DNA of 64,000 nt from Tubulanus polymorphus (lineage: Eukaryota; Animalia; Nemertea). Position 1 is the first letter of the stretch. Every line of letters begins with the position of its first letter. Position numbers and translations under genes: made by a program. The notes beneath the pieces were generated by a model that worked only from the letters and a program-made list of their open reading frames with translations, was not told the origin of the DNA and ran no database searches. Positions 1-10,310 of the stretch are shown here, piece by piece. The stretch lies in assembly GCF_964204645.1 (NCBI RefSeq), contig NC_134031.1:3782001-3846000 (forward strand), written 5' to 3'.

Positions 1-835
1 AGATAGCGAAATACTCAGGGTTGTATCATATTTAAATAATTTGAGAATCTCAATTGATAAAAGGATGAAAATCAAATGGGAAAACCGACGCAAATTCATA
101 ATTGATTAGTGATATTTCGAAGAATAATCATTTTAGATCAATCCATAAAATAAGACCTGCAGAATTTTAAGTCTTTCAATCTGCATATCAATCTGTGCTG
201 TCCTTGCGAAGAAATCCTATGTTTCGAGAAACTTAAGAAATTAAAAGGAAGCCTAGAAACAGAATGAACAGATAACTCATTTGTCATTTTTGTAACCCGA
301 AATATATGCTAGTTTTATCTAACAGAAAATTCTCTTACTACTGCCAGGCATTTTACTAGCCATTTGCAGATGCGACTCAAGTCCATAAGTGGTCTTAAAT
401 CTTAAAGTTGACATCAAGTTGTTTGATTGGCTATAGAACATAAGAATCTTAGTTCTTACAGATAAGCTCGCGCGAGACTGGTCTTAATCAAAGCCTTAAC
501 AGTGCAACTAGACCAGGAGCCGATTTCATAGACTGGGTATTAACTTAGCCCCAGGAATGACTCAGTGTCTTAGTTCAAACTGCGGAAAATGGATCTAACT
601 TTTAAGTTAAATCTAATGCATTTAAATCAACAAGGTTGCCGCCGCCATGTTTGTTTCTTCCCAATTGCTACTACGAGCTATCTATGTAACAGTGAATACG
701 AAGGATCAGCTAAGAAATAACTTGTAGTAGAAATGATGGCAGAACCGAGTGTAGGAGATCCCCTAGTCAACAGCGAACGTGTTGATAATTTACACAGTCT
801 ATAAAACCAGCGTTCAAGTGACCGAGACAACTCAC

Positions 836-956
836 CTTATGCGGGTGTTTGACGTGAACGCAGAAGCCGAGTTCCTTCAGCAGACGACGTTCGGCTTTGA
901 TCACCTGATTTTTCAGATTGATGTAATTCGAATCGAGAATTAACGGGTGAATTTTC
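836..956 (-). CDS. CCNL1: Cyclin L, coding exon 4 ([40 protein letters not shown]); gene continues beyond the left edge of the window
   Basis: tttttcgcag acceptor, AAG|gtgagt donor, 121 nt restoring frame; [21 protein letters not shown] is diagnostic of cyclin L. Confidence 0.95.
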
Positions 957-1078
957 CTGCGAAAAAAACACAACATGCAACAACATATTTAATACACGAA
1001 CGGGAATTTATAAACAATAGCGATGACGGGAGACATCGATTTCGGAGAGAAATCAGCGTTCTTTCTTTCTTTCTTTAC

Positions 1079-1117
1079 CGCATCTGGTATCGGATCAGAA
1101 CCAGAGACAAAAATCAA
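1079..1117 (-). other. Candidate 39-nt poison cassette exon B in cyclin L intron 3
   Basis: Acceptor cagttttcttgcag, exon TTGATTTTTGTCTCTGGTTCTGATCCGATACCAGATGCG, donor gtaaag. After exon 3 it reads AAT TGA. Confidence 0.45.
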
Positions 1118-1485
1118 CTGCAAGAAAACTGGGCAATCTCCAGAACTTAAGACGCATTGATATTACAACAAATGCTCTGTTTAACCCTCCTGCAATAATT
1201 CGCCTGAAGACATTCCGAAATAATTTTGACCATCCAGACGTCACATGCCTTTTTGAAACTTAACCCAGACACTGAACTCATGTGAAACCTGGACAAAACA
1301 AAAATTGGATGAATGGAAAGTATCTAATGATCTTGAACTCGGAACTTATTTCTGCACTACGGTTGTGTGTTAAGATTTGTAGCAAGGGTGAACGCATCAG
1401 AAATGACCAAATTCAACAGTGGTCAAATTTACCCATGAAATCCGGAAATGGGTCCAGGTACTCGGACTTGTAGTCTAAGGTTATG

Positions 1486-1608
1486 GGACCAGTTGCTCAT
1501 AAATTGGTTAAAGATAATCAGTCGATAAATACCATTGTAACAATGAACCTTTAGTTGTCACTAGGTCATCTACTGGTTAACTCTAACCAACTTTTAAACA
1601 ACTGGCCC
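1486..1608. mobile_element. Short MITE with GG(A/G)CCAGTTG terminal inverted repeats
   Basis: ggaccagttg ... caactggccc termini, the same TIR type as the 138-bp Harbinger-like MITEs elsewhere in the window. Confidence 0.55.
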
Positions 1609-1820
1609 CAGGTGTTCTTTACGACTATGAAGGCTGATGGGTCATCAGGTGTAGGGTTCATACTGCGTTTCAAAGTTGACAGCCGGCTCTACGAGGTCGA
1701 TTCAACCTTTGCAGTAGGAATTACGCGTTTCAAATCAAATCGATTTCACACTCTCTAGATACAAACCATAAAGCGAGGCATCATCATCATCATCAAACTG
1801 ATGACAGAGTTGAACCTCAC

Positions 1821-1845
1821 CGTACCAGTGTCTCTTCACCCGAGG
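1821..1845 (-). other. Candidate 25-nt poison cassette exon A in cyclin L intron 3
   Basis: Long pyrimidine tract ttttttctttctttgccgcctctgtag, exon CCTCGGGTGAAGAGACACTGGTACG, donor gtgagg. After exon 3 (ends AA) it reads AAC CTC GGG TGA. Confidence 0.6.
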
Positions 1846-2553
1846 CTACAGAGGCGGCAAAGAAAGAAAAAATCACACCATCAATTTCCAGAAAATAAAG
1901 CACACCATCGTTTTCTCAATAAGCCTACTACAGTTTTACAATAATGATGGTGGGTCCAGACATGTGTAAGTCTTAAATTCTGAAAGATCCTTGCACTAAA
2001 ACCCGCGCTTTCATAGATATTTATAATCAAACTAGCTTATATTATCGTAGTTGAGATGATTATTGTGTTGACGACTTATCCAAATGATACTTACACTTAA
2101 ATAGAATTGGAAATAAAAATTGCGACTTAAAACAGAACTATGTGATGACTGCTGACAATGACTTAACAGGGTTTGACCGAATCAATTGTTGAGACGAGTC
2201 TAAATACGCCTAACTAATCAAATTCACCTACACAGATTAATCTTTCATGGCAGAAATTTGAGAAGTGAATTTTGCCCATACGCCTATAAAATGAGGCCCT
2301 AGCCTTTCTGCAATCAATTACTAAAATATTTGGGTATTTGAGAAGGGTTTTAGGGTCTAAAATGATAATCAAGGGGCTCAAAAGTTGGTTCCGAGAATGC
2401 TATGGTAACATCTTAGGTTTTAACTGCGATAGACCCCATAAAACAACTATCCACTTGGCATCGTAAGTCAATTTTAAGCAATGGCCCTGAATGATAGTTT
2501 GTTTTTAATTTCGAGATGAGAACACAGTGTCCCGGAGATGAATAGATACTCAC

Positions 2554-2663
2554 TTTTGAGAGCGCACTTGTTTGATATGGTGAAATACATTCATCACGTC
2601 TCTCATACGTCGAGGCGACTCTTCAATTTTCGACGCTAAATTTATACAAGCCATCGCCACGAC
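2554..2663 (-). CDS. CCNL1: Cyclin L, coding exon 3 ([36 protein letters not shown])
   Basis: tttcag acceptor, AA|gtgagt donor, 110 nt, ends in phase 2; LASKIEE cyclin-box motif. Confidence 0.95.
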
Positions 2664-2784
2664 CTGAAACACAGAGTCAAAAACTATTTCACCTTTGCTG
2701 CATTCGCGATCAATTTGAATAGGTCGAATCAACTGAAATTAGGATTATTTCGACTTGTCGTCGTTTGGACAAATTCTACTCTAC

Positions 2785-2859
2785 CTCCATATTGTGCTTC
2801 ACAAATGATTTGGAATAGTAAAATCTCTGGAATATCACTTGACCCGTAGCCATAGCCAC
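2785..2859 (-). CDS. CCNL1: Cyclin L, coding exon 2 (VAMATGQVIFQRFYYSKSFVKHNME)
   Basis: ttaattgcag acceptor, gtagag donor, 75 nt, phase 0-0; canonical cyclin L peptide. Not in the ORF track. Confidence 0.95.
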
Positions 2860-2880
2860 CTGCAATTAAGAAATTCAAAT

Positions 2881-3384
2881 TACTGTCTGTCACACATGCT
2901 CTTCGTGCGACGTTTTGGTTCGTAATTTCGTTAATAATCGGTTGATCTGTAAATATTATGCATCAATTTATTCAGTAAGGAATTTGCATTCAGAAATAAA
3001 TCATGAACTGGCATAAATTTGTTTGTGTTTTCTTCTATCAGCGATAGTTTACCTAGCATACGCTCGCGTAATGCTGAAAAACGGCTTTTATGGCCCGTCA
3101 CGTGGCGCCACCTACTGTATTTTGATATGCTAATGAGCAGGTGATGACGTCACTGTAACGTTTCCGAGCGTCCGCGGAGCGGATTTTTCAGCATTACGCG
3201 AGCGTATGCCGAGTAAACTATCGCTCATAAATGAAAACAAAAACAACTTAAGTGAAAATTGTTGTTTATTTCTGAATGCAAATTCCTCACTGAACAAATT
3301 GATGCATAATAAAGGTAGATAAACCGATTATTAACGAAATTACGGACCAAAACGTCGCACGGAGAGTAGGTGTGACAGACAGTA
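2881..3384. mobile_element. ~500-bp fold-back MITE (TA-flanked, Tc1/mariner-like) in cyclin L intron 1
   Basis: tactgtctgtcacac...cgtaatttcgttaataatcgg mirrored by ccgattattaacgaaattacg...gtgtgacagacagta; arms pair over about 200 bp; TA at both ends. Confidence 0.8.
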
Positions 3385-3557
3385 GACATACAAGGAATGG
3401 TCTAAAATGAAAATGCAATTTATGATTGGCCAACAGCCAGTTGGTTGTGAAAACGATACAATACGATAATAGTGATTTGGTTTAGCAGGGATTATGCTAT
3501 CAGTATCAGGTTTGAATCTAAGCCAAGGGGAGAGGCATCAATGGTCAACTCTCTCTC

Positions 3558-3774
3558 TGAATCATGATTCGGTGCGATTCAAGAATAGGGGACTATAGCA
3601 ATATATATGTAGTGATAGTAATCAATTAAGTAATAATACTAGTAATTGATAATGATGATATATAATAATGATAGTAATGTATATAGTAATTAATGATGAT
3701 TAGGGAACTAAACCTAACCCTAACCCAAATCCTAACCACTAGTCCCCTATTCTTGAATCTTACCCATGATTCAT
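3558..3774. mobile_element. Non-autonomous element with a 20-bp inverted repeat, an AT-rich (TAA/TAG/TGA)n core and CCCTAA-like repeats (possibly Helentron-associated)
   Basis: gattcaagaataggggacta (3576-3595) is perfectly inverted at 3740-3759; ctaaacctaaccctaacccaaatcctaacc at ~3707-3737. Family assignment is inference. Confidence 0.45.
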
Positions 3775-3978
3775 CATCATGAGACGGTGATGAAGGTAGG
3801 TGTTTTTGAGAGGGTGGTGTGCCCACGATCATCAAGGCAACTCAAAAAAGGCTAGGTCAACTTTTAACCGATCTTATAAGGGTGCTAACATTAAAGGACG
3901 ATTGAACAGCTGCAGCCTTGCGCTTCAATTATTCCGAGAAAAGATGAAATAAGCGGATAAAAATGGCCGCTGACTCAC

Positions 3979-4194
3979 TTGCGGTAGTTTCAACAGGATT
4001 CCTGCCGTTTGGATTAATTCGCAGCCCAATATTCTCAAATCGATCTCGATTTCGGTGTCTAAACCATCGTTCATCGACGGCGTCGGCTGTAACTTCTCAG
4101 CGGGGATCAGTACGTTATCCAGAGTTAGAATAACGCGGCTGAAATCGCGTTTTAAAGTCGGTCCCGTACTTTTCAACAAGTCGGTGGCCGCCAT
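3979..4194 (-). CDS. CCNL1: Cyclin L, coding exon 1 (MAATDLLKS...LIQTAGILLKLPQ)
   Basis: Translation PTPSMNDGLDTEIEIDLRILGCELIQTAGILLKLPQ matches the cyclin L N-terminal cyclin box. ATG at 4194, donor CAA|gtgagt, 216 nt, phase 0. Single invertebrate cyclin L (CCNL1/2 pro-orthologue). Confidence 0.95.
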
Positions 4195-4500
4195 TTTGAA
4201 TTCTACGTCTCCTCTTCGTTCAGAGAAAGTAGCGCGCCCCTCAGCTGAGACAAAGAAGCATATTATTGCGCCGTGAATTTTTTCTTCCATTTAAAGCTAT
4301 TCTATTCTATTTAATTACCGTCATTTTCATTGTTTGTATCATTATTATTCATGAATATATCGCATTGAAACAGGATTAAGTATTGCAATTTTGTAATCGT
4401 TTTTCCGCTACGCGGCGCCACAAGACGGTCGCTTACACGGGTCAATTCAATATGGATTGTAAGCTGTCAAACGGCATCTAAATAGTGTTACCGGGTAGGC
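4186..4500. promoter_or_regulatory. Probable bidirectional promoter between cyclin L and SDF4; YY1-type motif over the cyclin L start codon
   Basis: Head-to-head genes. GCCGCCATTTT at ~4187-4197 matches the YY1 consensus. Possible non-coding SDF4 first-exon donors at 4459 (gtaagc) or 4495 (gtaggc), with an acceptor at 5281. Confidence 0.5.
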
Positions 4501-5449
4501 TTCTCTATCTGTATATGTATCTGTATCTGTAGATTAGACTGGGTTGAACTTAGATTTTGAACCGTTTTTCCCCTCCCGTGAAAGTCGTGAATGAAAAAGA
4601 GCCCTGGCTGAAAAATTTAAAATCAAAATGCAAGCAATCCAGCCCGACTGGGTGGGTCTGGGATGGAAAAGCTAGCAATCATCAGCTGATCATGGCAGTA
4701 GTGGTCAACCAGTTGATGCTGACAGTTATTGGGAAGGAGAGGAGTGGTGTAGTGTAGACTCGTTTTTGTGTGGTGTTTTCATTTCTACACTAGCTTCAGT
4801 TGAAAAAATTGCACTAAAGCCAAAGGCAAAGCCAGGCAAAGTCACGCTACCCCGGGTTAGTTGGAGTCTCGCTCTATGCCTGTAATTTCTTTAACTCTGT
4901 TCTCCACACTTTCCTTGAAGTCACGCACCTAAGTCTGCATGTGCAGTGTAAATCAGCCAATCAGTGACAATGTATGGTAAAATAGTGGGAGTAAACACTG
5001 TGCCGTTAGTAGGCCTATACGGTAAAATATCCACTGTGTAAATGTTTTTGATCTTGGAAATGAGGAAATGTTGTTCCCAAACACTTGCAAATGCACATAA
5101 CACGGAAATGTTTCTGTTTCCACACATGGGACGTACATGCATTGGGCTGATGTTTTTCCAAAACTGTTTCTAGTTTCTTGCAAATGCATACGGCACACAG
5201 GGACCCTACGCCTATGTTTGTGCGCCCGGCAGTCACTCTGAAAGAAATATAATTATCAACTTAATCTTTTTATATTTTCAGAAAATTAAGCGTTTAACGC
5301 CGATACTGAAAGTGAAAATACAATCAGCTGACATGTTCTCGGCGGCAACTCCCGAGGAATCGGATGATATTCCCGTATCGTCGTATGAAAACGACAATAA
5401 ACACATACTCTTACTGACGGGAAAACAAAAAAAGAACTCGTCATTAACG

Positions 5450-5808
5450 ATGAACTACAAAAAACTCGTGCCTTCGTTACTTTTTACGCTGCTTTTACTG
5501 AATAATTTATTCACGGTCGTTCATATGAAACCAGTTCCAACTGGATCTGTTGTCGTGACGGGCGGCGATTCAAAAATGACGGCTGCGGCGGCTTCGCCTC
5601 TTTTTTTCGAAAATGTGGCCGCAGCGGCGAAGGCGAGGATTAAACCGGATGAACTCGAATCGCCGAAACACATGGACGCGGTGAAATTAGAGAAAGACGG
5701 CCGTTTGAATCGAGATTATCGTAAAGAAGTGTTCCTCGGAAACCACGAGGAGATCGAATTGGGCACGGAAGTCGAACAGAAGTTGAAATTGCGCGATATT
5801 TTTCATAG
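5450..5808 (+). CDS. SDF4: Cab45/SDF4 (45-kDa calcium-binding protein, CREC family), coding exon 1 with signal peptide
   Basis: MNYKKLVPSLLFTLLLLNNLFTVVHM signal-peptide-like start, then PKHMDAVKLEKDGRLNRDYRKEVFLG typical of Cab45. Donor AG|gtacga, phase 2. An in-frame upstream ATG exists at 5333. Confidence 0.88.
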
Positions 5809-5873
5809 GTACGACTTATTTTTTACCGTTGACTTCGGTTGCAGTTCATCCATAACCAACACCACGATATAGA

Positions 5874-5935
5874 TCACAATTGATAAAACACTATATCCGT
5901 GTTGAAGCGATGTAGAGAGACTCTCACAATAAAGT
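5874..5935. mobile_element. Fragment of the hammerhead fold-back element family seen at 14636-14880
   Basis: tcacaattgataaaacactatatccgtgttgaagcgatgtagagagactctcacaat closely resembles the reverse complement of 14825-14880. Confidence 0.6.
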
Positions 5936-6134
5936 GAACAAACAGAAACCATTCCACAAAATGGTAAAAACCACAATGTACAATGAAAAATTGAGTTTAA
6001 AAAGGGCTAGTAGTTCATTTATGAAGATGGCGATTACGATAATACAAAGTAATTGTTTTTCTTTTGAATAACCACAAGGTAGTTCAATACCAAAAGTTCA
6101 AACCTTTCCATTGCGAACATTCTTTTGTTTATAG

Positions 6135-6271
6135 AGTTGATTATAGTAAAGATGGTCTTATAAGTATGGCTGAATTAGAGGAATGGATCGAACAGAAAGT
6201 TCAAGAACATTTCGATGAAACAAATGATGAAAATGAAAAAATATTCAAAGCTCTAGACCCCGATAATGATG
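6135..6271 (+). CDS. SDF4: SDF4 coding exon 2 (EF-hand DYSKDGLISMAE; DPDNDG)
   Basis: tttatag acceptor, G|gtaggt donor, phases 2-1, EF-hand loops. Confidence 0.92.
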
Positions 6272-6384
6272 GTAGGTATAGTGTCTATTTCTTTAAGAAA
6301 ATGGCTTAACTTATGAAATCAAGAATATTTCACAGTCTACTTATTGTGAAATTATTTAGATATATTTTTCATTGTTTATTTAAG

Positions 6385-6498
6385 GATTTATAACGTGGCA
6401 CGAGTTCTTTGTACAGTTTCTCGTCGCGAAGGGACACCAGCAAGATGAATCGGAAAAACACGCCGCCGATTACGAAACTATTGACATGGGTGAAAAAG
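6385..6498 (+). CDS. SDF4: SDF4 coding exon 3 (GFITWHEFFVQFLVAKGH...DMGEK)
   Basis: tttaag acceptor, G|gtaagt donor, 114 nt, phase 1-1; completes the EF-hand DPDNDGFITWHE. Confidence 0.9.
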
Positions 6499-6840
6499 GT
6501 AAGTTTCCGGTAATCCTGCGAGGTTTTGGAAAATGGCCGAGTCTTGCTATGCAATCAGGTTTGAAACCCAGCTTAGGGACTGGGATGGTTGACATAGTGA
6601 TAATTGACTATTGAGCAACTGCCCCCACAGAGCCTTTTGGTACAAATCCTTGTAATGGAGGATATTGGGTTTAGTTAAGTAGGGCAGAGGTAAAATGTCA
6701 TGATGCCATCAGATTGCTGAATGGACTGGTGTGATAATGTGTCTTATAAGGCAGTATTTTGAAAGTCTCGCGATATTGTTTCATCAGATTTGAAACTCTG
6801 CGATACGAAATCAATGAGATTGTTACTATTCGCTTTACAG

Positions 6841-6999
6841 AAAAAGATATGTTGATTAAGAATAAATTCCGATGGTCGGAGGCCGATGAAGATCCGCAAG
6901 ACAACAAATTGAATATCCAGGAATTTAAGAACTTCCGTCACCCGGAACAGAGCGATAGCATGTTACGTCATATGGTCAATGATATACTTAGTAATCTAG
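6841..6999 (+). CDS. SDF4: SDF4 coding exon 4 (RWSEADEDPQDNKLNIQEFKNFRHPEQS...)
   Basis: tttacag acceptor, G|gtaagt donor; CREC 'EF..F.HPE' motif. Confidence 0.92.
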
Positions 7000-7546
7000 G
7001 TAAGTTAGTTTTTTCATTGTCGGACAACTTTCTGTCGCGGCAACGAAACTATGAGGTACACATTCTATACCCCGGGACAAGAGCTGCGATCGTATGGAGA
7101 TGATTTGCTCTGGGTGGAGACTAGACCCGAGTCCAAAGAGTTACAAAGAATATCAATCACTCATTTGATATTATGACCTATTTCACGACCTGTTTTATAA
7201 TATTTTGATTCAAGAGCCTAAAAATACATTTGAAAGTTCATTGACTGCGAACTAATTGAATTATCGATCGCGAAGGTTTGATAGATAATCTTAAACTTGA
7301 TAAGGCGAGATAAACTTGATTTCTCCTAAGAAAAATATTTATTCATTGTATAAGAAGGTCAATTCTCAGAATGATTATATTATGATAAATTACATTGGAT
7401 TATGAATTACATTATGAACAACCTGTATATGTACTAGAACTAACCAATGTATAGTTGTGCCATCTGGTGTGTCCCATTAATCGTTCAATTAGAAATTTGA
7501 GGGATATTGAATTGTCGTAGATGTTCATACGGTACTCATTTTCCAG

Positions 7547-7725
7547 ATCGCGACAGGGACGGCGTTTTGACCGAAAGCGAATTCATCGCGTTGCCTCCCG
7601 GCGAGGCTGAGGGCCAGTCCGATTGGCTGCAGCAGGAAAAAGTATGGCAGGAAGAGCGACGAAAAGAATTTCAAAACGTCATCGACGTCGACAAAGATGG
7701 CAAAGTCACGAAAGAAGAACTAAAG
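7547..7725 (+). CDS. SDF4: SDF4 coding exon 5 (DRDRDGVLTESEF...DVDKDGKVTKEELK)
   Basis: ttccag acceptor, AAG|gtaatg donor; two EF-hands. Confidence 0.93.
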
Positions 7726-7742
7726 GTAATGCGGAGCATTAT

Positions 7743-7905
7743 AAACATTGATGAAACACTTTCCGTGTTGTAAACATAATATAAAATCCCACTCTAAGAG
7801 TGAAAGATTCCAAAATGTTCCCTCGGTTTTATCTTGATAGTCATCTGTCTTCAGTAAAATTCCTGATGATGACTATTAATCGATAAAGATGAAACGTTGA
7901 ATAGA
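7743..7905 (+). mobile_element. Degenerate copy of the hammerhead fold-back element in an SDF4 intron
   Basis: attc-CTGATGA-tgactat...GAAAC-GTT-gaat at 7859-7902, preceded by the inverted copy atagtcatc. Stem II is decayed. Confidence 0.5.
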
Positions 7906-7944
7906 TATTAACCCACATGACACCGTAAGAACATCGGATTAATT

Positions 7945-8201
7945 CAGGGTGGCCACTGACCTGGAAAACCGGGAATCAGAAAAATCTAGAAAAAGATCAC
8001 GGAAAACTCAGGGAATTTGGATAATGCTATTGACTGCATGCATCTTCATCAGTACGTGATTCATCAGTATGTGAAAAATGAATGAATTTTAATATTTTAA
8101 TCCTATAAACTTCTCTGATTCACTCAGAGGATTTTGTGTAATCACATAGAAACATCAGGGAAAATTCGGGTTTTGTAAATGGGCAGAAAGTGACCACCCT
8201 G
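7945..8201. mobile_element. MITE with CAGGGTGGCCACT TIRs (hAT-like); related pieces at ~21186-21455, 32140-33000, 34085-34195, 38480-38560, 47180-47300, 52766-52965
   Basis: cagggtggccact ... agtgaccaccctg, with internal repeated (A)GGGAA(T)TT / TTCCCTGA motifs shared among copies. Confidence 0.7.
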
Positions 8202-8313
8202 TGATTCCCTGACACTGGATGAAACTATAGGAATCAAACTCAACCAACGCTTACTGCTTAACTGGGCTTAGTATTCTTGCTTATCTATAAAAGCCAATCA
8301 TTTTTCTTTGTAG

Positions 8314-8490
8314 AATTATGTAGATCCGAAAAACCCTGGGCACGCGAAAATGGAAGTCGTCAATCTGATGGAGCTAGCCGACGCCAACAAAGATCAACAT
8401 TTATCACTCGAAGAAGTTATGAACAACCAAGATCTGTTCATGGGCAGTAAAATGGTGAACGCCGGCAGGAATTTTCACGATGAATTCTAA
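8314..8490 (+). CDS. SDF4: SDF4 last coding exon (NYVDPKNPGHAK...DANKDQHLSLEE...RNFHDEF*)
   Basis: tttttctttgtag acceptor, final EF-hand, C-terminal HDEF (CREC-type retention motif), TAA at 8488-8490. Not in the ORF track. Confidence 0.93.
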   Translation, partial: NYVDPKNPGHAKMEVVNLMELADANKDQHLSLEEVMNNQDLFMGSKMVNAGRNFHDEF

Positions 8491-10146
8491 AACTGTTACA
8501 ACCGAAGTCGGTTCCTCAGTTGTGAGCTAGATTTAACTGTTTTTTTAGTCGAAATTAGTTCATTTTACTCAAGATGATTCGAATTAAACTCACAATTTGC
8601 GTTAAACTGGGGCCAAATTTACGTATGGCGTAGATTGAAGGCAGTTTAAGAACCGATTAGCAAAATTTCGTATGAATGTTTTAGTTGTGGTGGTAGAAAT
8701 CTTGAAAGAATCCAAACTTTATGCAAAAGCTTGTTGTACGGCTATTATTGGCTATTATTGTGAATGAATGTGCAATGAAACTTCAACCATTCAAAAATGT
8801 TTTGTCTTAGCAGCCATTCTTGAAGTACATATGCAAAATTTTCGTGCAATTTTAAGAATCATGTGCATAAAGAAAGAAATGGCCAATTTTTTACCTCTCT
8901 CTGTCTGTTAGTTTTCATGTCTGCTGCATTCGATATGCTCAAAAGTCAAATGTATCAAATGTTCACCAAGTATCCCAATTCAAGCAATTCTCTCCCCAGA
9001 TCTACAGTAGGCTGATGAGCACTGATTCTTGGCCGCCTAAATGATTTTGATGTGACGGTCACTCGACTTCGTTTTCCATTCTCGAAATTAGCCAAATATA
9101 AAAGCATACTCTAGTCATTTTCAAAAGATAGAAAAGAGACAGTGATCTGCTATCAGGGCGGGTCTGAAAACTTACTTATTTTCTTCCTTGTGGGTTACTT
9201 CTTGAATTAATTTAATGTCGTAGACTACAATAACGATTTTTCACGAATCTTGGTTCTGTAAGTAGATTTTTGAGGTGTAAGTGTCTCTGCATATCTGATA
9301 TTCTGGGTTTTTTCCATACAATCAATATGTTGAAATAGAGTGAATGTTTATAGATATGTGAAAGATGGTTGAATTTTTTTAGAGAACAAATATTTTAATG
9401 TTCAAAAGATACAAATATCACTTAACTTATGTGAAGTTTATGTACATGGGATGGGGATCTGTTAACTAGTCAGATTGCTTGCAATTTGACTATCTTCCTT
9501 TTTGGATATATGTACACAATCATTCTTTTCAAATTACTTTTTTTCTTGCCATATTTTGGAATATGTCGCAAATGCATTTAAATATGAGACATCGAATATG
9601 TTTGTAGACTCTAATCTTACTCAATACAGGTCAACCCTGCTAACCGCACAAGTTGGTAAATTGTAAATGACAGTGCCCTTGATTAATAAGTGTCTATGAA
9701 CAACAACCCTGTCAATTGTCTCGTGAACAAACTTATAATGATCTGTGATTTTCTTTATCTTCCGATTTATATTTCATCTGTACGGTTCCTCCTATCAGAG
9801 GGAGGGACAACTACCTTGTATATGATTAATTTGTCTTGTCAGGGGCAAGGTTTTTCATTCATTCAACGTATTCATTGATTGTAACGACGTAAAAAACGAT
9901 GATGAATATTTGTATGTAAATTATTGTTCATCGAATGAATGGAATATATGAGATCATTTATATCTAAAATGTTTTAGTTGTAGTTTATGCATGTATATTA
10001 TATGCCATGATCCAGTTCCATAGTTGCGAGTCAGATAGTTAGTCCTGAGTTCCAATGAGTTAAGTCTCAACTCACAACTGTCGAACTGGGTCGATGATGT
10101 CCCGCGTCACCCGGGATAGTTGTTGCAATTTTCACTCTTCGCATCG

Positions 10147-10257
10147 GCTTTTTATGATTCGTTGCCGTCTTTAGATGGCACCTAGAGAAAGGAATAATTC
10201 AACTGCCAGAGCGGTTTTATCTTCATCACAAATCACAATTGACCCCAGGATCCACTA

Positions 10258-10310
<53 letters not shown>

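Noticed and set aside
3707-3737. True telomere or chromosome-fusion site
   Set aside because: Only a few degenerate CCCTAA units, enclosed in a small inverted-repeat element within an intron.
4195-4290. N-terminal extension of cyclin L from ATG 4290
   Set aside because: The ATG at 4194 has a strong context (aaaATGgcg) and gives a typical cyclin L start. The upstream ATG probably lies at or upstream of the transcription start; cannot be excluded without 5'-end data.
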